From: Dehalococcoidia bacterium | GTDB lineage: Bacteria; Chloroflexota; Dehalococcoidia; Lucifugimonadales; QGNO01 | Length of the DNA: 64,000 nt | Direction of reading: 5' to 3' | NCBI GenBank assembly: GCA_965248955.1 | Contig: OZ252212.1 | Coordinates: 1,105,037 to 1,169,036, forward strand | Shown: positions 19,808 to 32,472 of the stretch, piece after piece | Numbering within the stretch: the first letter of the stretch is position 1 | Layout of the letters: every line of letters begins with the position of its first letter | The notes under the pieces: generated by a model | The model's database searches: none | What the model was told of the DNA's origin: nothing | Seen by the model: only the letters and a program-made list of their open reading frames with translations | Position numbers and translations under genes: made by a program

Positions 19808-20443
19808 ATGGATGAGCAGGCCAGAGAGGTTTCTGCCATCCTCTTGGACAAAGAGGCCGTTATTATCAACACAGAGAAGCCCTTTGTATTCTCATCCGGA
19901 ATCCTCAGCCCAATCTACTGCGATCTGCGTCTGCTCTGCGCCCATCCTCTAGAAAGGGAGCGCATTGCAAAGCTTCTAGCAGATAGGATTCTGGAAACGG
20001 AACCGGAGGCTGACGTGGTGGCGGGAGTGGCCACCGCCGGTATACCTTGGGCGGCTTGGGTATCATCGCTAACGGGCAAGTCCATGGCCTACGTGCGAGA
20101 TCAGGCCAAGGGTCATGGCAGAGGCCAGCAGGTGGAAGGGGGCGTGCAACCCGGAAGCCTGGCGGTACTGATAGAAGATCTCACTAGTACCGCAGGCAGC
20201 GCCGTCAGAGCTGTCGGGGGGTTGCATGCCGTTGGAGCCAGGATCAGCCACAGCTACAGCATCTTCACCTACGGGTTCCCCCGGTCAGCTGAGGCATACC
20301 GCGAGGTTGGGGTTGATCTGGTCGCGCTTTCCACCGTCTCCACCTTGCTTGATCTGGCTACCTCAGAGGGGCGTATAACACGAGAGCAAGAGAGCGCCGT
20401 TAGGGACTGGCTCGCTAGTGACCCCATGGCGCACGGGCCTTAG
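19808..20443 (+). CDS. pyrE: Orotate phosphoribosyltransferase
   Basis: Contains FVFSSGILSPIYCDLR and the PRPP-binding motif VLIEDLTSTAGS. The ATG at 19808 is preferred over the upstream GTG at 19760. Confidence 0.85.
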   Translation: MDEQAREVSAILLDKEAVIINTEKPFVFSSGILSPIYCDLRLLCAHPLERERIAKLLADRILETEPEADVVAGVATAGIPWAAWVSSLTGKSMAYVRDQAKGHGRGQQVEGGVQPGSLAVLIEDLTSTAGSAVRAVGGLHAVGARISHSYSIFTYGFPRSAEAYREVGVDLVALSTVSTLLDLATSEGRITREQESAVRDWLASDPMAHGP

Positions 20444-20449
20444 CCTGCT

Positions 20450-22945
<2,496 letters not shown>

Positions 22946-23087
22946 TCAATATGGGTCGCCTCCGCTAATCCAAAGGACGCCCGGATTTGGGGCCTTGAGG
23001 ACCGGCGCAGCAGGGAAAAAAGAGAGGATAATTCCGCTTATGTTGTTGTTCAGCCGCTGCACCACCTCAAGGTGTTTATACGGTGTA

Positions 23088-23116
23088 ATTTTAGCAAAAA
23101 TTTTAACCGTCGTCAA
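23088..23116 (-). promoter_or_regulatory. Candidate sigma70-type promoter for gyrB
   Basis: On the minus strand, TTGACG-N17-TAAAAT, about 150 nt upstream of the gyrB ATG. Confidence 0.5.
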
Positions 23117-23135
23117 AAAAATCAGGCGCTAAACC

Positions 23136-24974
23136 TCAGCGTACTCCGTTCTTTAGATACTTGTCGAAGAAGTCCCCGATGTCGTTGAGCATCTCCCGGA
23201 TGTTGAACCTATTCACTACGTAGTAGCCGTCGTTGGGATAGGCCTTGTATTGCACCACCTTGCCCTCTTTCTTGAGGGCTTCAGCGAACTCCCTGGAGGC
23301 ATCTGACTGAGGGTCTCTGCCCTCGCCATGTAGGACGAATGTTGGGGTCATGGCATTACGCACCGAGTAAATGGACGAGCAGCGATACCAAGTCTCCTTA
23401 TTATCCTTATATGGTCCCAGCTCGTGTTCGAGCAATTTGATGTGCTTCACAGCCATTCTGTTCAACTCCACGGGCCAGTCGGCATATCCCGACATAGGCA
23501 CCGCGGCCTGGAACACCCCAGGCGCAAAGCAGACGGCGTTCATGCTCATGATGCCTCCGTAACTGGTGCCAGTTACGCCCATTCTATCTGGGTAGACGTA
23601 GGGCAGACTCTTCAAGAAATCGGCGCCTGCTACCGCGTCTTTCAAGTCGCCTCCACCCCAGTCACCGTCGTTAGCCTCTTCGAACGTTTTGCCATATCCG
23701 GAACTTCCTCGGACGTTGGGTTGCAGTACCACGTACCCTCGCTGTACCAGGTACTGGACATACGGCTGGTAATTATCCAAGAACTGAGAGGTCGGTCCGC
23801 CATGAGTAAACACGATGCCTGGGTAGCGCCTTCTTCTGTCTATAGGGGTGTATAGATAGGCGTTGATGGAGAGGCCGTCGAAGCTAGCATAAGCTACCTT
23901 TTCTGGAGTGACAAGGCGGTGCTCCAAGCCGCCTTCAGGCAAGGAGAAGGTCAGTTGTCTAGATTCGCCTTCCTTAGCTGATATCATCCAGAGGTCATCG
24001 GGAGCAGTCGGGGTGCCGTGGAGGAAACAGATGTGGGAGCCGTCTGGGGACCAACTGGGAGCGGTGCACACACCCATACCTGGATTAAACAGAGACCTCG
24101 ACTCGCCCCCTTCCGCGCTGGCGAGTCTGATCTCCAGAGTTCCGTTGCGGTTGGAGACATATGCCACCTCACTACCGTTCGGAGACCAGATCGCGTCGCT
24201 CTGTTCGGTCTCCTCTGGAACCAGTGGACGAGGCTCCCCTCCCTCAAGAGATACCTTCCAGTAATTGATATAGCCACTTCGCTGGGAGCGGAAGAGAAGC
24301 CACCTACCATCGGGCGAGACCTTGGGAACCCCCAGTGCGGGGCCGAACGAATAGTCGAAGAAATCTCTATCCTCAGTGATGACCTTGGGGTCTGTGCCAT
24401 CGCTGCTCATTTGGACGATCTGGTGGTCTTCCCAGGTTTCGTTCAGTCGTGTGTAGATGATCTGCTTTCCATCGGGAGTGAACACGGGGTTCACTTCATA
24501 AAGGGGATCCTGGGTAAGTCGTGTAGCGTCTCCCGAGGGTAAATCGACCCGGTAGATGTCGTAGCCACCGTAGCGGTTGCCAGACAGGACCAGGCTCTTG
24601 CCATCTGGCGCCCAGCGCACGGACTGGATGTGGGCCCCTAGGTTGGTGAGCTGGGATTCAGGATCGCCGCTCGCGTGCCACAGCCACACTTCGTTTGTGC
24701 CTGTCTTGTTGGATATATATGAGATGTGCCGACCGTGCGGTGACCATAGCGGCATGTGTGACGCGGCGTAGTCTGTAGTTCCCAGGCCTAGGGTAACCCT
24801 TGAGGGGAATCCTCCCTGTGGGCTGATGCTCCAGATGTCGGGAGAGCCTCCCAATGATGAAACGAAGACGATGCGAGAGCCATCCGGCGACCATTGAGGT
24901 GCATTGCTGGCTTCTCCAGGACCCAGCGTGAAGATAGACATGATCTGATCCAGGGTCAAGTTGCCGTCCAACAT
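23136..24974 (-). CDS. S9-family serine peptidase (prolyl oligopeptidase/acylaminoacyl peptidase type) with TolB-like beta-propeller
   Basis: 612 aa. Has repeated WSPDG propeller motifs, the nucleophile elbow GTSYGG, and a C-terminal HGEGRD. Confidence 0.85.
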   Translation of the reverse strand: MLDGNLTLDQIMSIFTLGPGEASNAPQWSPDGSRIVFVSSLGGSPDIWSISPQGGFPSRVTLGLGTTDYAASHMPLWSPHGRHISYISNKTGTNEVWLWHASGDPESQLTNLGAHIQSVRWAPDGKSLVLSGNRYGGYDIYRVDLPSGDATRLTQDPLYEVNPVFTPDGKQIIYTRLNETWEDHQIVQMSSDGTDPKVITEDRDFFDYSFGPALGVPKVSPDGRWLLFRSQRSGYINYWKVSLEGGEPRPLVPEETEQSDAIWSPNGSEVAYVSNRNGTLEIRLASAEGGESRSLFNPGMGVCTAPSWSPDGSHICFLHGTPTAPDDLWMISAKEGESRQLTFSLPEGGLEHRLVTPEKVAYASFDGLSINAYLYTPIDRRRRYPGIVFTHGGPTSQFLDNYQPYVQYLVQRGYVVLQPNVRGSSGYGKTFEEANDGDWGGGDLKDAVAGADFLKSLPYVYPDRMGVTGTSYGGIMSMNAVCFAPGVFQAAVPMSGYADWPVELNRMAVKHIKLLEHELGPYKDNKETWYRCSSIYSVRNAMTPTFVLHGEGRDPQSDASREFAEALKKEGKVVQYKAYPNDGYYVVNRFNIREMLNDIGDFFDKYLKNGVR

Positions 24975-25030
24975 GCTACCCTCCCGCTTGCTTCCTGTAA
25001 GTCATTATCAGGCCGATTCTACTCCACCGC

Positions 25031-26818
25031 CTAGCGGCCCATGGCATAAGACTCGCGGCGGGCGTCCGCCCCACCGATGAGGATGCCCTTTTCTCTGTCC
25101 ATTTGTATGAGGCAGACATTGCCCGTTCGGCCTGTCCAGTCGTCCCACACTGCAACCTTGTGGCCGCGCCCGCGCAAGTCTTCGATGACCGTGGGGTCTA
25201 TGCGCCCTTCCGCCGCTGCTTGGCCAGGGAAGTAGGCATGCGGCCAGAACGAGCTTGGCATGCTGAACGTGGCCACCCTTGGCGCCTCTACCGCCTCCTG
25301 GGGATCCATACCAAACTCGACGACATTGAGGAGCACCTGGACCATGGACTGGCATTGGGTATCGCCGCCCGGTGTGCCGTAGGCCATCCAGAACCTACCG
25401 TCCTTGAACGCCATTGCAGGGTTGGGCGTCAGCCGGGGCCGCTTCCCCGGCTGCAGCGAGCTGGGGTGCTCGGGGTCAAGCCAGCTCTGCGATCCCCTAG
25501 CCGATGCGATCATGCCCAGCCCCGGCACCACCGGCGCGCCGTATATCCCGTCGCTTGGCGTTACTGAAAAGGCGTTGCCCCAGCGGTCGACGGCGCAGGC
25601 ATAGCTGGTATCCGGCGGCACGGGACCGCTCACCGGCTCGGGCACCGTGGGAATGGGGAATGAATCGCCTTCCTGGTAGGCCCATGGCTCGCCCGCCGCT
25701 GGCATCTCGGCGAAGGCCTGTCTCATCTGTATGGCCTTCCGCCTCAGGGCGGAGTAATCTTTGGAAGTGAGACCGGCCAATGGCACGTTGATGAACTCCG
25801 GGTCGCCGTAGAAGGCCTCGCGATCGGCGAAGGCCAGTTTCAGCGCCTCCAGGACAGCATGGAGATAATCGCCGCTGTTGTGCCCCATCGCCCTCAGGTC
25901 GAAGCCTTCCAGGATTTGCAGCACTTGTATGTTGACAGGCCCCTGAGACCAGGGTCCGCAAGTGTACAGATCCAAGCCTCTGAAGCTGCCCTTCACCGGA
26001 GGCTCAACAGTGACCGCGTAGGATGCCATATCATCTAGGCTAAGCAGACCGCCTTCAGATTGTATGAAGCTGGTAATCTGCTCGGCTAGTTCGCCCTTGT
26101 AGAACAGGTCACGCGCCGCCTGAAGCGCGGCCTCTCGGCCCTTCGAGGAACTGGCGCGCTCTGCATCAATCAGCCTGCGGAACGTATTGGCTAGGTCTTT
26201 CTGTACTATGACCTGGCCAAGCTCCGGTATCTTCCCGCCCGGCATGAATATTTCCAAAGTGGACGGCCATGAGTGGATGTTGCCTTCAGTACCCTCTCTG
26301 CCGCTTCCCGAGCGCAGCTCGAAAGCCGTTGTTTGGGCTGTACCCATCTCCAGCACTTGCATTAGCGAGACGGAAACAGGGAATCCTCCCTCGGCAAGCT
26401 CCAAAGCGGGCCTCACCACTTGGTCAAAGGTCATGGTGCCGTAGAGTTTGAGGGCGGTGAAATAGGCATCCGGGGCCCCGGGCGTGATGCATTGCAACAC
26501 GCCCGCCTCTATTTCTCCCCCAGAGTTTTGCTTGAAGTAGTCTATGCTGGCTTTCTTGGGCCATCGGCCCAGGCCGTCTATGTTCACCGTCTCGTTACGG
26601 TCGGCGCGGTGTATGATCATGGGCGCCACTCCGCCAAAGCTGACCCAATGGGGCAGTACGGTTCCCAGGACAATGCCCGCCGCTACGCCGGCATCTATAG
26701 CATTGCCGCCTTCTTCCAGAATGCGGTATCCGGCGGCAGTGGCCAGCCAGTGGCCTGACGATACCATGTGGGACGTTCCTGTGATGGCGGGACGGAATGA
26801 AGTGAGGCCCATGGTCAT
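25031..26818 (-). CDS. ggt: Gamma-glutamyltransferase family protein
   Basis: Has a DTSYACAVDRWGNAFSVTPS autoprocessing-site region and GTPGGDTQCQ...EAPR. The ORF runs to 26833, but GAGGAGG lies 6 nt upstream of the ATG at 26818. Confidence 0.85.
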   Translation of the reverse strand: MTMGLTSFRPAITGTSHMVSSGHWLATAAGYRILEEGGNAIDAGVAAGIVLGTVLPHWVSFGGVAPMIIHRADRNETVNIDGLGRWPKKASIDYFKQNSGGEIEAGVLQCITPGAPDAYFTALKLYGTMTFDQVVRPALELAEGGFPVSVSLMQVLEMGTAQTTAFELRSGSGREGTEGNIHSWPSTLEIFMPGGKIPELGQVIVQKDLANTFRRLIDAERASSSKGREAALQAARDLFYKGELAEQITSFIQSEGGLLSLDDMASYAVTVEPPVKGSFRGLDLYTCGPWSQGPVNIQVLQILEGFDLRAMGHNSGDYLHAVLEALKLAFADREAFYGDPEFINVPLAGLTSKDYSALRRKAIQMRQAFAEMPAAGEPWAYQEGDSFPIPTVPEPVSGPVPPDTSYACAVDRWGNAFSVTPSDGIYGAPVVPGLGMIASARGSQSWLDPEHPSSLQPGKRPRLTPNPAMAFKDGRFWMAYGTPGGDTQCQSMVQVLLNVVEFGMDPQEAVEAPRVATFSMPSSFWPHAYFPGQAAAEGRIDPTVIEDLRGRGHKVAVWDDWTGRTGNVCLIQMDREKGILIGGADARRESYAMGR

Positions 26819-26872
26819 GATACGCCTCCTCATAATGACTTGGGTGGATGGTAGGCTCCTTCCCAGAAGGTG

Positions 26873-27985
26873 TCAAGCGGAGGACTTGCCATCCACCTCA
26901 ACGGTGAAGGTGTACGTCTCATCATGCAGTGAAGCGTGAAGTGTCCTGGCTTCGGCCGTGGTCTCCATTGCTTCCGATAGCCCCGTTTCCGCGATGTACT
27001 CCCGGTCGTTCACGCGGATGCTGAGTTTATGGCGGGAGAATACAACGCTGGGGCCCTTCCTGATGTCTTGTAAGAGGCCCTCCTGTCCCAGTAGAGCTGC
27101 GCGTGCCTCTTGAAGAGTTGCTCTTTGAAACGTGACCACGTCTCCCGGCGCCGCCTGTGCCAGGCGCATGATGTCAGCGCTGATCACGATGGCTATCTTG
27201 GTGTAGCCTCCCGTGGTACCCCTATCGGCTAGAAGAACAATGGGCATGCCGTCACCGGTCACCTGTACGGCTCCCAACGGGATACCGTCCGAGACGATGT
27301 CCGCGCCGGTCTTGTGCTCGATTGGCGACCCTTCCAGCCTGTAACCTATCCGGTCCGACCGAGGCGTAACCGTATAGCTGGACGACAGAAAGGTCTCGAT
27401 ACCCTGTTCGGTAAAGGCATCCTCCTGCTGTCCCGGGGTAACTCTAAGCCGGTGGGTGTGACCGTAGTGGGGGATCGCTATCGGAGGGAAACGTCTTCCT
27501 TCCACGCGTTCCATGCCTGCAGAGGCAGCTATCCTGTCGCCGCGGACCAGGGCGCGGCCTTCCAGCCCGCCGATATTGGCCCGTGTATAAGTGGAGCGGC
27601 TGCCAAGCATGGGCGGAACGTCCACGCCTCCCGCTATAGCAAGATAGGCTCTTACCCCGTCCCTGATCCCGCGGAACTGAAGGTCGGAGCCTTTCTGCAC
27701 CGCCACGGGCTGCCACGTGGGAACCGGGCAGCCGTCCAATGTGAGCATAAGGTCGGCGCCAGTCATTGCTACTACGGTTTCGTCCAAGAAACGAAGATTG
27801 GGGCCTGCCAGGGTCATTTCCAGGCCAGCGTCACCCTCACGGTTCCCCACCAAGAGGTTGGCGGCCCGCAGGGCAAAGGTATCCATTGCCCCGGACACGG
27901 GGACACCGTACCTCTGGTAGCCGTAGCGGCCCAGGTCTTGCACCGTGGTGAACATACCGCCGTCCAACACTTCTATGATATCCAT
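26873..27985 (-). CDS. pxpC: 5-oxoprolinase subunit C (PxpC / KipA, allophanate-hydrolase-subunit-2 family) with C-terminal extension
   Basis: Starts MDIIEVLDGGMFTTVQDLGRYGYQRYGVPVSGAMD. At 370 aa it is longer than I expect for the family. Confidence 0.8.
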   Translation of the reverse strand: MDIIEVLDGGMFTTVQDLGRYGYQRYGVPVSGAMDTFALRAANLLVGNREGDAGLEMTLAGPNLRFLDETVVAMTGADLMLTLDGCPVPTWQPVAVQKGSDLQFRGIRDGVRAYLAIAGGVDVPPMLGSRSTYTRANIGGLEGRALVRGDRIAASAGMERVEGRRFPPIAIPHYGHTHRLRVTPGQQEDAFTEQGIETFLSSSYTVTPRSDRIGYRLEGSPIEHKTGADIVSDGIPLGAVQVTGDGMPIVLLADRGTTGGYTKIAIVISADIMRLAQAAPGDVVTFQRATLQEARAALLGQEGLLQDIRKGPSVVFSRHKLSIRVNDREYIAETGLSEAMETTAEARTLHASLHDETYTFTVEVDGKSSA

Positions 27986-27987
27986 AT

Positions 27988-28713
27988 CTACTCCGTGGGA
28001 TATGAGGCCACTTGGTAGACCCCGTTCCTAACTTCTTCGAGAATCCTTCGGTACTCTTCCGCGGAGACAGGAACGAACCGTATATAGTCGCCTGGCTCCG
28101 CTATGACGGGCGGCTGCTTCGATGGATCGAACAGGCGCACCGGCGTCTGCCCTATGAGCTGCCACCCGCCGGGACTCTCTATGGGATAGACGCCCGTTTG
28201 CCGTTCAGCAATGCCCACGGATCCCGCGGGTATCGCCGTGCGCGGCGTCTGTAAACGTGGCGTGGCTATCTTTTCCGGCATACCTCCCAGGTAGGTGAAC
28301 CCGGGCGTGAATCCCATCATGTACACCAGGTAGTCCGTACCAGAGTGCAGCGCGATGACCTCTTCTTCCGTGAGGCCGTTATACTCAGCTACATATTCCA
28401 GGTCAGGGCCGTGGTCGTCGCCGTACGCGGTGGGTAGCTCAACCACTCTGGAGGCCGTTGGAGGAGTCTCATCCAAGTCTTGCGTCAGCTCTCGTACCCG
28501 CCCCTCCAACTCATTCGGCGGCAAGATCAACGGGTCGTAGTTGATGAGAACAGAGCGATAGGTCGGCACCAGGTCAAGGACTCCCGATATGCCCTGCTTT
28601 TCTATAGCGAGAGACAGGCTATGCACCATGCGATTGATTTCAGGGGATATGCCGTCGCCCAGCTCAATGACGAATGCCTTGTCTCCGGCGGGGACGAACC
28701 TCAAATCAGCCAT
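27988..28713 (-). CDS. pxpB: 5-oxoprolinase subunit B (PxpB / KipI)
   Basis: 241 aa. Has a KipI-type N-terminus and a cyclophilin-like C-terminal pattern. Tightly packed between pxpA and pxpC. Confidence 0.8.
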   Translation of the reverse strand: MADLRFVPAGDKAFVIELGDGISPEINRMVHSLSLAIEKQGISGVLDLVPTYRSVLINYDPLILPPNELEGRVRELTQDLDETPPTASRVVELPTAYGDDHGPDLEYVAEYNGLTEEEVIALHSGTDYLVYMMGFTPGFTYLGGMPEKIATPRLQTPRTAIPAGSVGIAERQTGVYPIESPGGWQLIGQTPVRLFDPSKQPPVIAEPGDYIRFVPVSAEEYRRILEEVRNGVYQVASYPTE

Positions 28714-28716
28714 GGA

Positions 28717-29481
28717 CTAGACCATCTCATTCAGACGTAAGATCTCGACGCCAGCATCTCTCAGCCCGTTCCGCACGGCGCGCGCCATCTCCACCGCGCC
28801 CGGGGTGTCCCCGTGCAGGCAGAGGGTGTCGGCTTGCACCTCCACCTCCTCTCCGGTGACAGCCGTGGCTCTGCCTTTCGTCACCATCTTCAGGCTTCGT
28901 TCAACCACTTCGTCCAGATCGTGAATCACAGAGCCGGGCTTGGACCTTGAGACCAGCGTGCTGTCCGGGTTGAGTGCGCGGTCGGCGAACGCCTCCGTTG
29001 CCACGCGAAGGCCCATTTCGCGGGCCAGGCCGGCCCAAGGACTGCCTGCCAGCACTATGAGGATCATTTCCGGGTCTATTTCCAGGACCGCTTCATTGAT
29101 TGCTCTGGCTAGGTCGCCTCCATCCGCCGCCATGTTGTACATGGCGCCGTGAGGCTTCACGTGCTGCAACCTATGGTCTTTGGTGAAAGCTTTGAGCGCA
29201 CCTATCTGGTACATCACGTCGTTCTTCGCCTCGGGGGAGGTGAGCAGCATGTTGCGCCGGCCAAACCCCTGAAGGTCGGGGAAGCTGGGATGCGCGCCGA
29301 CGGCTACGCCGTGCTCTTCAGCGAGATTAACGGTGTGGCGCATCCACTGCGGATCGCCGGCATGGAAGCCACAGGCCACGTTGGCCGACGTGATGTATTT
29401 GATAATCTCTTCATCTTGGCCCAGCTTGTAGGAGCCAAAGCTCTCTCCCATGTCACAGTTGAAGTCTATTCTGGCCGTCAT
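28717..29481 (-). CDS. pxpA: 5-oxoprolinase subunit A (PxpA / LamB-YcsF family)
   Basis: Has IDFNCDMGESFG and HGDTPGAV motifs. Confidence 0.85.
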   Translation of the reverse strand: MTARIDFNCDMGESFGSYKLGQDEEIIKYITSANVACGFHAGDPQWMRHTVNLAEEHGVAVGAHPSFPDLQGFGRRNMLLTSPEAKNDVMYQIGALKAFTKDHRLQHVKPHGAMYNMAADGGDLARAINEAVLEIDPEMILIVLAGSPWAGLAREMGLRVATEAFADRALNPDSTLVSRSKPGSVIHDLDEVVERSLKMVTKGRATAVTGEEVEVQADTLCLHGDTPGAVEMARAVRNGLRDAGVEILRLNEMV

Positions 29482-29600
29482 AGCGCCTCCTAGATCATGC
29501 AGCGTCTATTATTATATAGCTCCCTGGGCCATGCTATACTAGCCCCAAACACGACCCAAAGGCACGAAGGGGCCCAGTGTGCATACGGAGGATGGCAGGG

Positions 29601-30413
29601 ATGCAGTCTAAGCAGACCCACGCGGACTTGATCAGATCTGCCTTCACCGCCCAGGTGGGGTACATCAGCACCAGCCCTGCGTTCGTCAGCGAGGAGCGGC
29701 TGAAATGGCTGCTCGACCTGGTGCGCTTGAGCGGCAGCGCCGCGGAGCTGCAGGAATTGGAAATGCTGGACGTGGCCTGCGGCGCCGGGGTGGTTGCGGT
29801 GCCTATGGCTGAACATGTTCGCCATGTGACCGGGCTGGACCTAACGCCCGCCGTAATCGAAAGAGCGGAGGAGTTGGCCAGAGAAAGAAATGCCGGCAAC
29901 TGCAAATTTGTCGTAGGAGACGCCGGAGACCTTCCGTTTCCAGAAGGGTCTTTCGACGTAGTTACCTGTACGTCTGCCTTCCACCACTTTGACGAGCCGG
30001 AGCGGATAATGGCGCAAATGGCTCGCGTTTTGAAGCTAGGCGGCGCTCTGTGCGCCCTAGACATCACTACGTCGGAAGTGCCGCCTATAAGGGTGCTCCA
30101 TCAGGAGATGGAGCGCCTGCGCGACCCTTCCCACATCACGAACCTCACGCCTTCCACCTGGCGTCGGATGGCGCAAAAGGCAGGCCTGAGCGTCAAGCTG
30201 CTTGGAGTGCTGCCTTCTTACCGTGATCTGGACGAGTGGATGACCATTTGTCCAACCGAGAGCAGAGATAGGGTTCGCTCATTGTTCGAGCAGGACGTAC
30301 TTGACGGCAAGAGCGGGCTGGACGTGAGGAGGGATGGTGACGCCATACTGTTCACGCATCCCATGCTGCTTGTGCGCGCTGAAAAGATCGAATCCGAGAG
30401 CGGGTGGAAATGA
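29601..30413 (+). CDS. Class I SAM-dependent methyltransferase (Methyltransf_11-like)
   Basis: Motif I is LDVACGAGVV. The ORF starts at GTG 29577, but GGAGG lies 8 nt upstream of the ATG at 29601. Confidence 0.75.
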   Translation: MQSKQTHADLIRSAFTAQVGYISTSPAFVSEERLKWLLDLVRLSGSAAELQELEMLDVACGAGVVAVPMAEHVRHVTGLDLTPAVIERAEELARERNAGNCKFVVGDAGDLPFPEGSFDVVTCTSAFHHFDEPERIMAQMARVLKLGGALCALDITTSEVPPIRVLHQEMERLRDPSHITNLTPSTWRRMAQKAGLSVKLLGVLPSYRDLDEWMTICPTESRDRVRSLFEQDVLDGKSGLDVRRDGDAILFTHPMLLVRAEKIESESGWK

Positions 30414-31006
30414 AGTTAGTTTCTACCAAGCGAAGACGGCTGATCATTGGTGGACTGGTGGTGGCGCTCATCCCTGTCCTGGCGCTGGCCTGGTGGCTGG
30501 GCTCCCCTCTGTTCATCAATAAAACGGTCGACGAAGAGTTCCCTCTCACCGTGGGAGCAGACATTCCTGAAGGAATGTCCCGCTCTGAAGCGGAAACCAT
30601 CATGGAAGGCATGGCCATGATGGACAGCCCCATGACGGAATCCATGACGCATGACCAGGCAACAGCTATGGTGGTCAAGGCCGGCTCTTTCCGAGATGCT
30701 GACAGCTTTCACAAGGGCAGCGGGCGGGCTATGGTATACAGGCTAGCCGACGGCGAGCACGTTCTCAGGGTGGAGAATCTGAGAGTGACGAACGGCCCTG
30801 ATTTGAGAGTGCTGCTCAGCGCACATCCTGATCCCATGAGCAGAGGTGACTTCGATAGCGAGGAATACGTAGAGCTGGACAAGCTAAAGGGGAACATGGG
30901 CAATCAGAACTATCCGATCCCACAGTTGGACTTGTCTCAATATCGCTCCGTGGTTATATACTGCAAGCCGTTTCACGTGATCTTCAGCGTGGCGCCTCTA
31001 AGTTGA
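30410..31006 (+). CDS. DM13-domain protein with N-terminal membrane anchor
   Basis: GSFRDADSFHKGSGRAMVYRLADGEHVLRVENLRVTNGPDLRVLLS matches the DM13 pattern. ATGA overlap with the upstream gene's stop. Confidence 0.7.
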   Translation: MKLVSTKRRRLIIGGLVVALIPVLALAWWLGSPLFINKTVDEEFPLTVGADIPEGMSRSEAETIMEGMAMMDSPMTESMTHDQATAMVVKAGSFRDADSFHKGSGRAMVYRLADGEHVLRVENLRVTNGPDLRVLLSAHPDPMSRGDFDSEEYVELDKLKGNMGNQNYPIPQLDLSQYRSVVIYCKPFHVIFSVAPLS

Positions 31007-31033
31007 CCGCGAATCGTGCGGCTAGGACCCTAT

Positions 31034-31282
31034 ATGACAACCGCCGAATTTGAGGAAGCTATAGGACTAACCTTATTTGGTGCGGGGACTGCGTTTGCGG
31101 CGCTCGTTATACTGATGGCCATAGTTGTGCTTACCGGATGGTCGCTGCGGTGGCAATGGCTGCAGAGGCGGTTGATGGGTTCCGCGGCAGCGGAGGCACG
31201 CGATAAAGCGCTGGCGGCTTCCATTGCCGTGGGAGTTGCCCTGGCGCAGACGAATCAAACCGAAGATGACCCTTCTGAGTAG
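31034..31282 (+). CDS. Small membrane protein, OadG/GcdD-like (Na+-decarboxylase gamma/delta subunit)
   Basis: Single TM helix followed by an Ala-rich tail. Sits directly upstream of the beta subunit. The start could also be GTG 31016. Confidence 0.5.
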   Translation: MTTAEFEEAIGLTLFGAGTAFAALVILMAIVVLTGWSLRWQWLQRRLMGSAAAEARDKALAASIAVGVALAQTNQTEDDPSE

Positions 31283-31290
31283 AGCAGCCT

Positions 31291-32469
31291 GTGCCTGACC
31301 TTAGCCAGTACCTGAACGAGACCGGTTTTCTCAACTTGACTCCGGGCAATCTTTTGCTCATTGCGCTGGGGTTGTTCTTCATCTACACGGCAATCGCCAA
31401 GAAGGCGGAACCGTACGAATTGCTGCCCATAGGCATAGGAGTCATAATTGCCAACCTGCCTCTCAATGCGTTGACACAGCTTGCCCCTGGCGATCCACTG
31501 GCTCCGGAGGCGCTGCAGGGGTCAGGTATCCTTGGGCTCACCTTTCATTTTGCGCTCTCCTTCTGGAACATACTGCCTCCCTTGATATTCCTTGGGCTTG
31601 GCGCTCTCACCGACTTCACGCCGATCATCGCGAAGCCCAAAACGTTGCTTCTGGGTGGAGCGGCACAGGTGGGCATCTTCGTGGCTTTCTGGGGAGCCCT
31701 GGCCATCAGCCTGGTTCCCGAAATAGGGGTAGACTTCTCCACCAGGGAAGCGGCGGCTATCGGCATCATAGGCGGGGCGGACGGCCCCACAACGATATTC
31801 CTTTCCGCCATACTGGCTCCCGACCTGCTGGGCCGCACTGCCGTGGTCGCATACACCTACATGGCCGGCCTGGCGTTCATACAGCCTCCTTTGATGCGGC
31901 TCCTCACCACCAAGCGGGAGCGCCGGATCGTGATGCCTCCCGCGCGGGAGGTATCCAGGTTGGAAAGACTGGTATTCCCAATCCTGGCTATGGTCCTCAT
32001 CATCCTGCTTGTCCCCAATGCGGCGCCATTGATAGGCATGTTTATGCTGGGCAACCTGCTGGCGGTAAGCGGCGTGGTGCCTCGACTTAGTCAAGCGGCT
32101 TCCAACGAGGTCATCAACGTGGTCACCATCTTCCTCATGGTTACGGTGGGAGCGCAGCTTTCCGCCGAAAAAGTATTACAGCTGGAAACGCTTGCCATCC
32201 TTGCCCTGGGCCTGGTCGCCCTGGCCTTTGGCACCGTGGGAGGGATACTCTTTGCCAAGCTGATGAACCTAGTCTCCAAGGAAAAGGTAAACCCGTTGAT
32301 AGGCGCTGCAGGAGTTTCCGCAGTGCCTATGGCGGCCCGCATCGCTCACACCCAGGGCCAGGAAGCCAATCCGGATACGTTTCTTCTGCCCCATGCCATG
32401 GGCCCCAATGTGGCGGGCGTGATCGGGTCGGCGGTTGTGGCGGGCGTGTTCATCTCATTGCTTGGTTAA
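31291..32469 (+). CDS. Sodium ion-translocating decarboxylase beta subunit (OadB/MmdB/GcdB family)
   Basis: 392 aa, polytopic. Contains AIAKKAEPYELLPIGIG and IGGADGPT motifs characteristic of the family. Confidence 0.85.
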   Translation: MPDLSQYLNETGFLNLTPGNLLLIALGLFFIYTAIAKKAEPYELLPIGIGVIIANLPLNALTQLAPGDPLAPEALQGSGILGLTFHFALSFWNILPPLIFLGLGALTDFTPIIAKPKTLLLGGAAQVGIFVAFWGALAISLVPEIGVDFSTREAAAIGIIGGADGPTTIFLSAILAPDLLGRTAVVAYTYMAGLAFIQPPLMRLLTTKRERRIVMPPAREVSRLERLVFPILAMVLIILLVPNAAPLIGMFMLGNLLAVSGVVPRLSQAASNEVINVVTIFLMVTVGAQLSAEKVLQLETLAILALGLVALAFGTVGGILFAKLMNLVSKEKVNPLIGAAGVSAVPMAARIAHTQGQEANPDTFLLPHAMGPNVAGVIGSAVVAGVFISLLG

Positions 32470-32472
32470 ACC

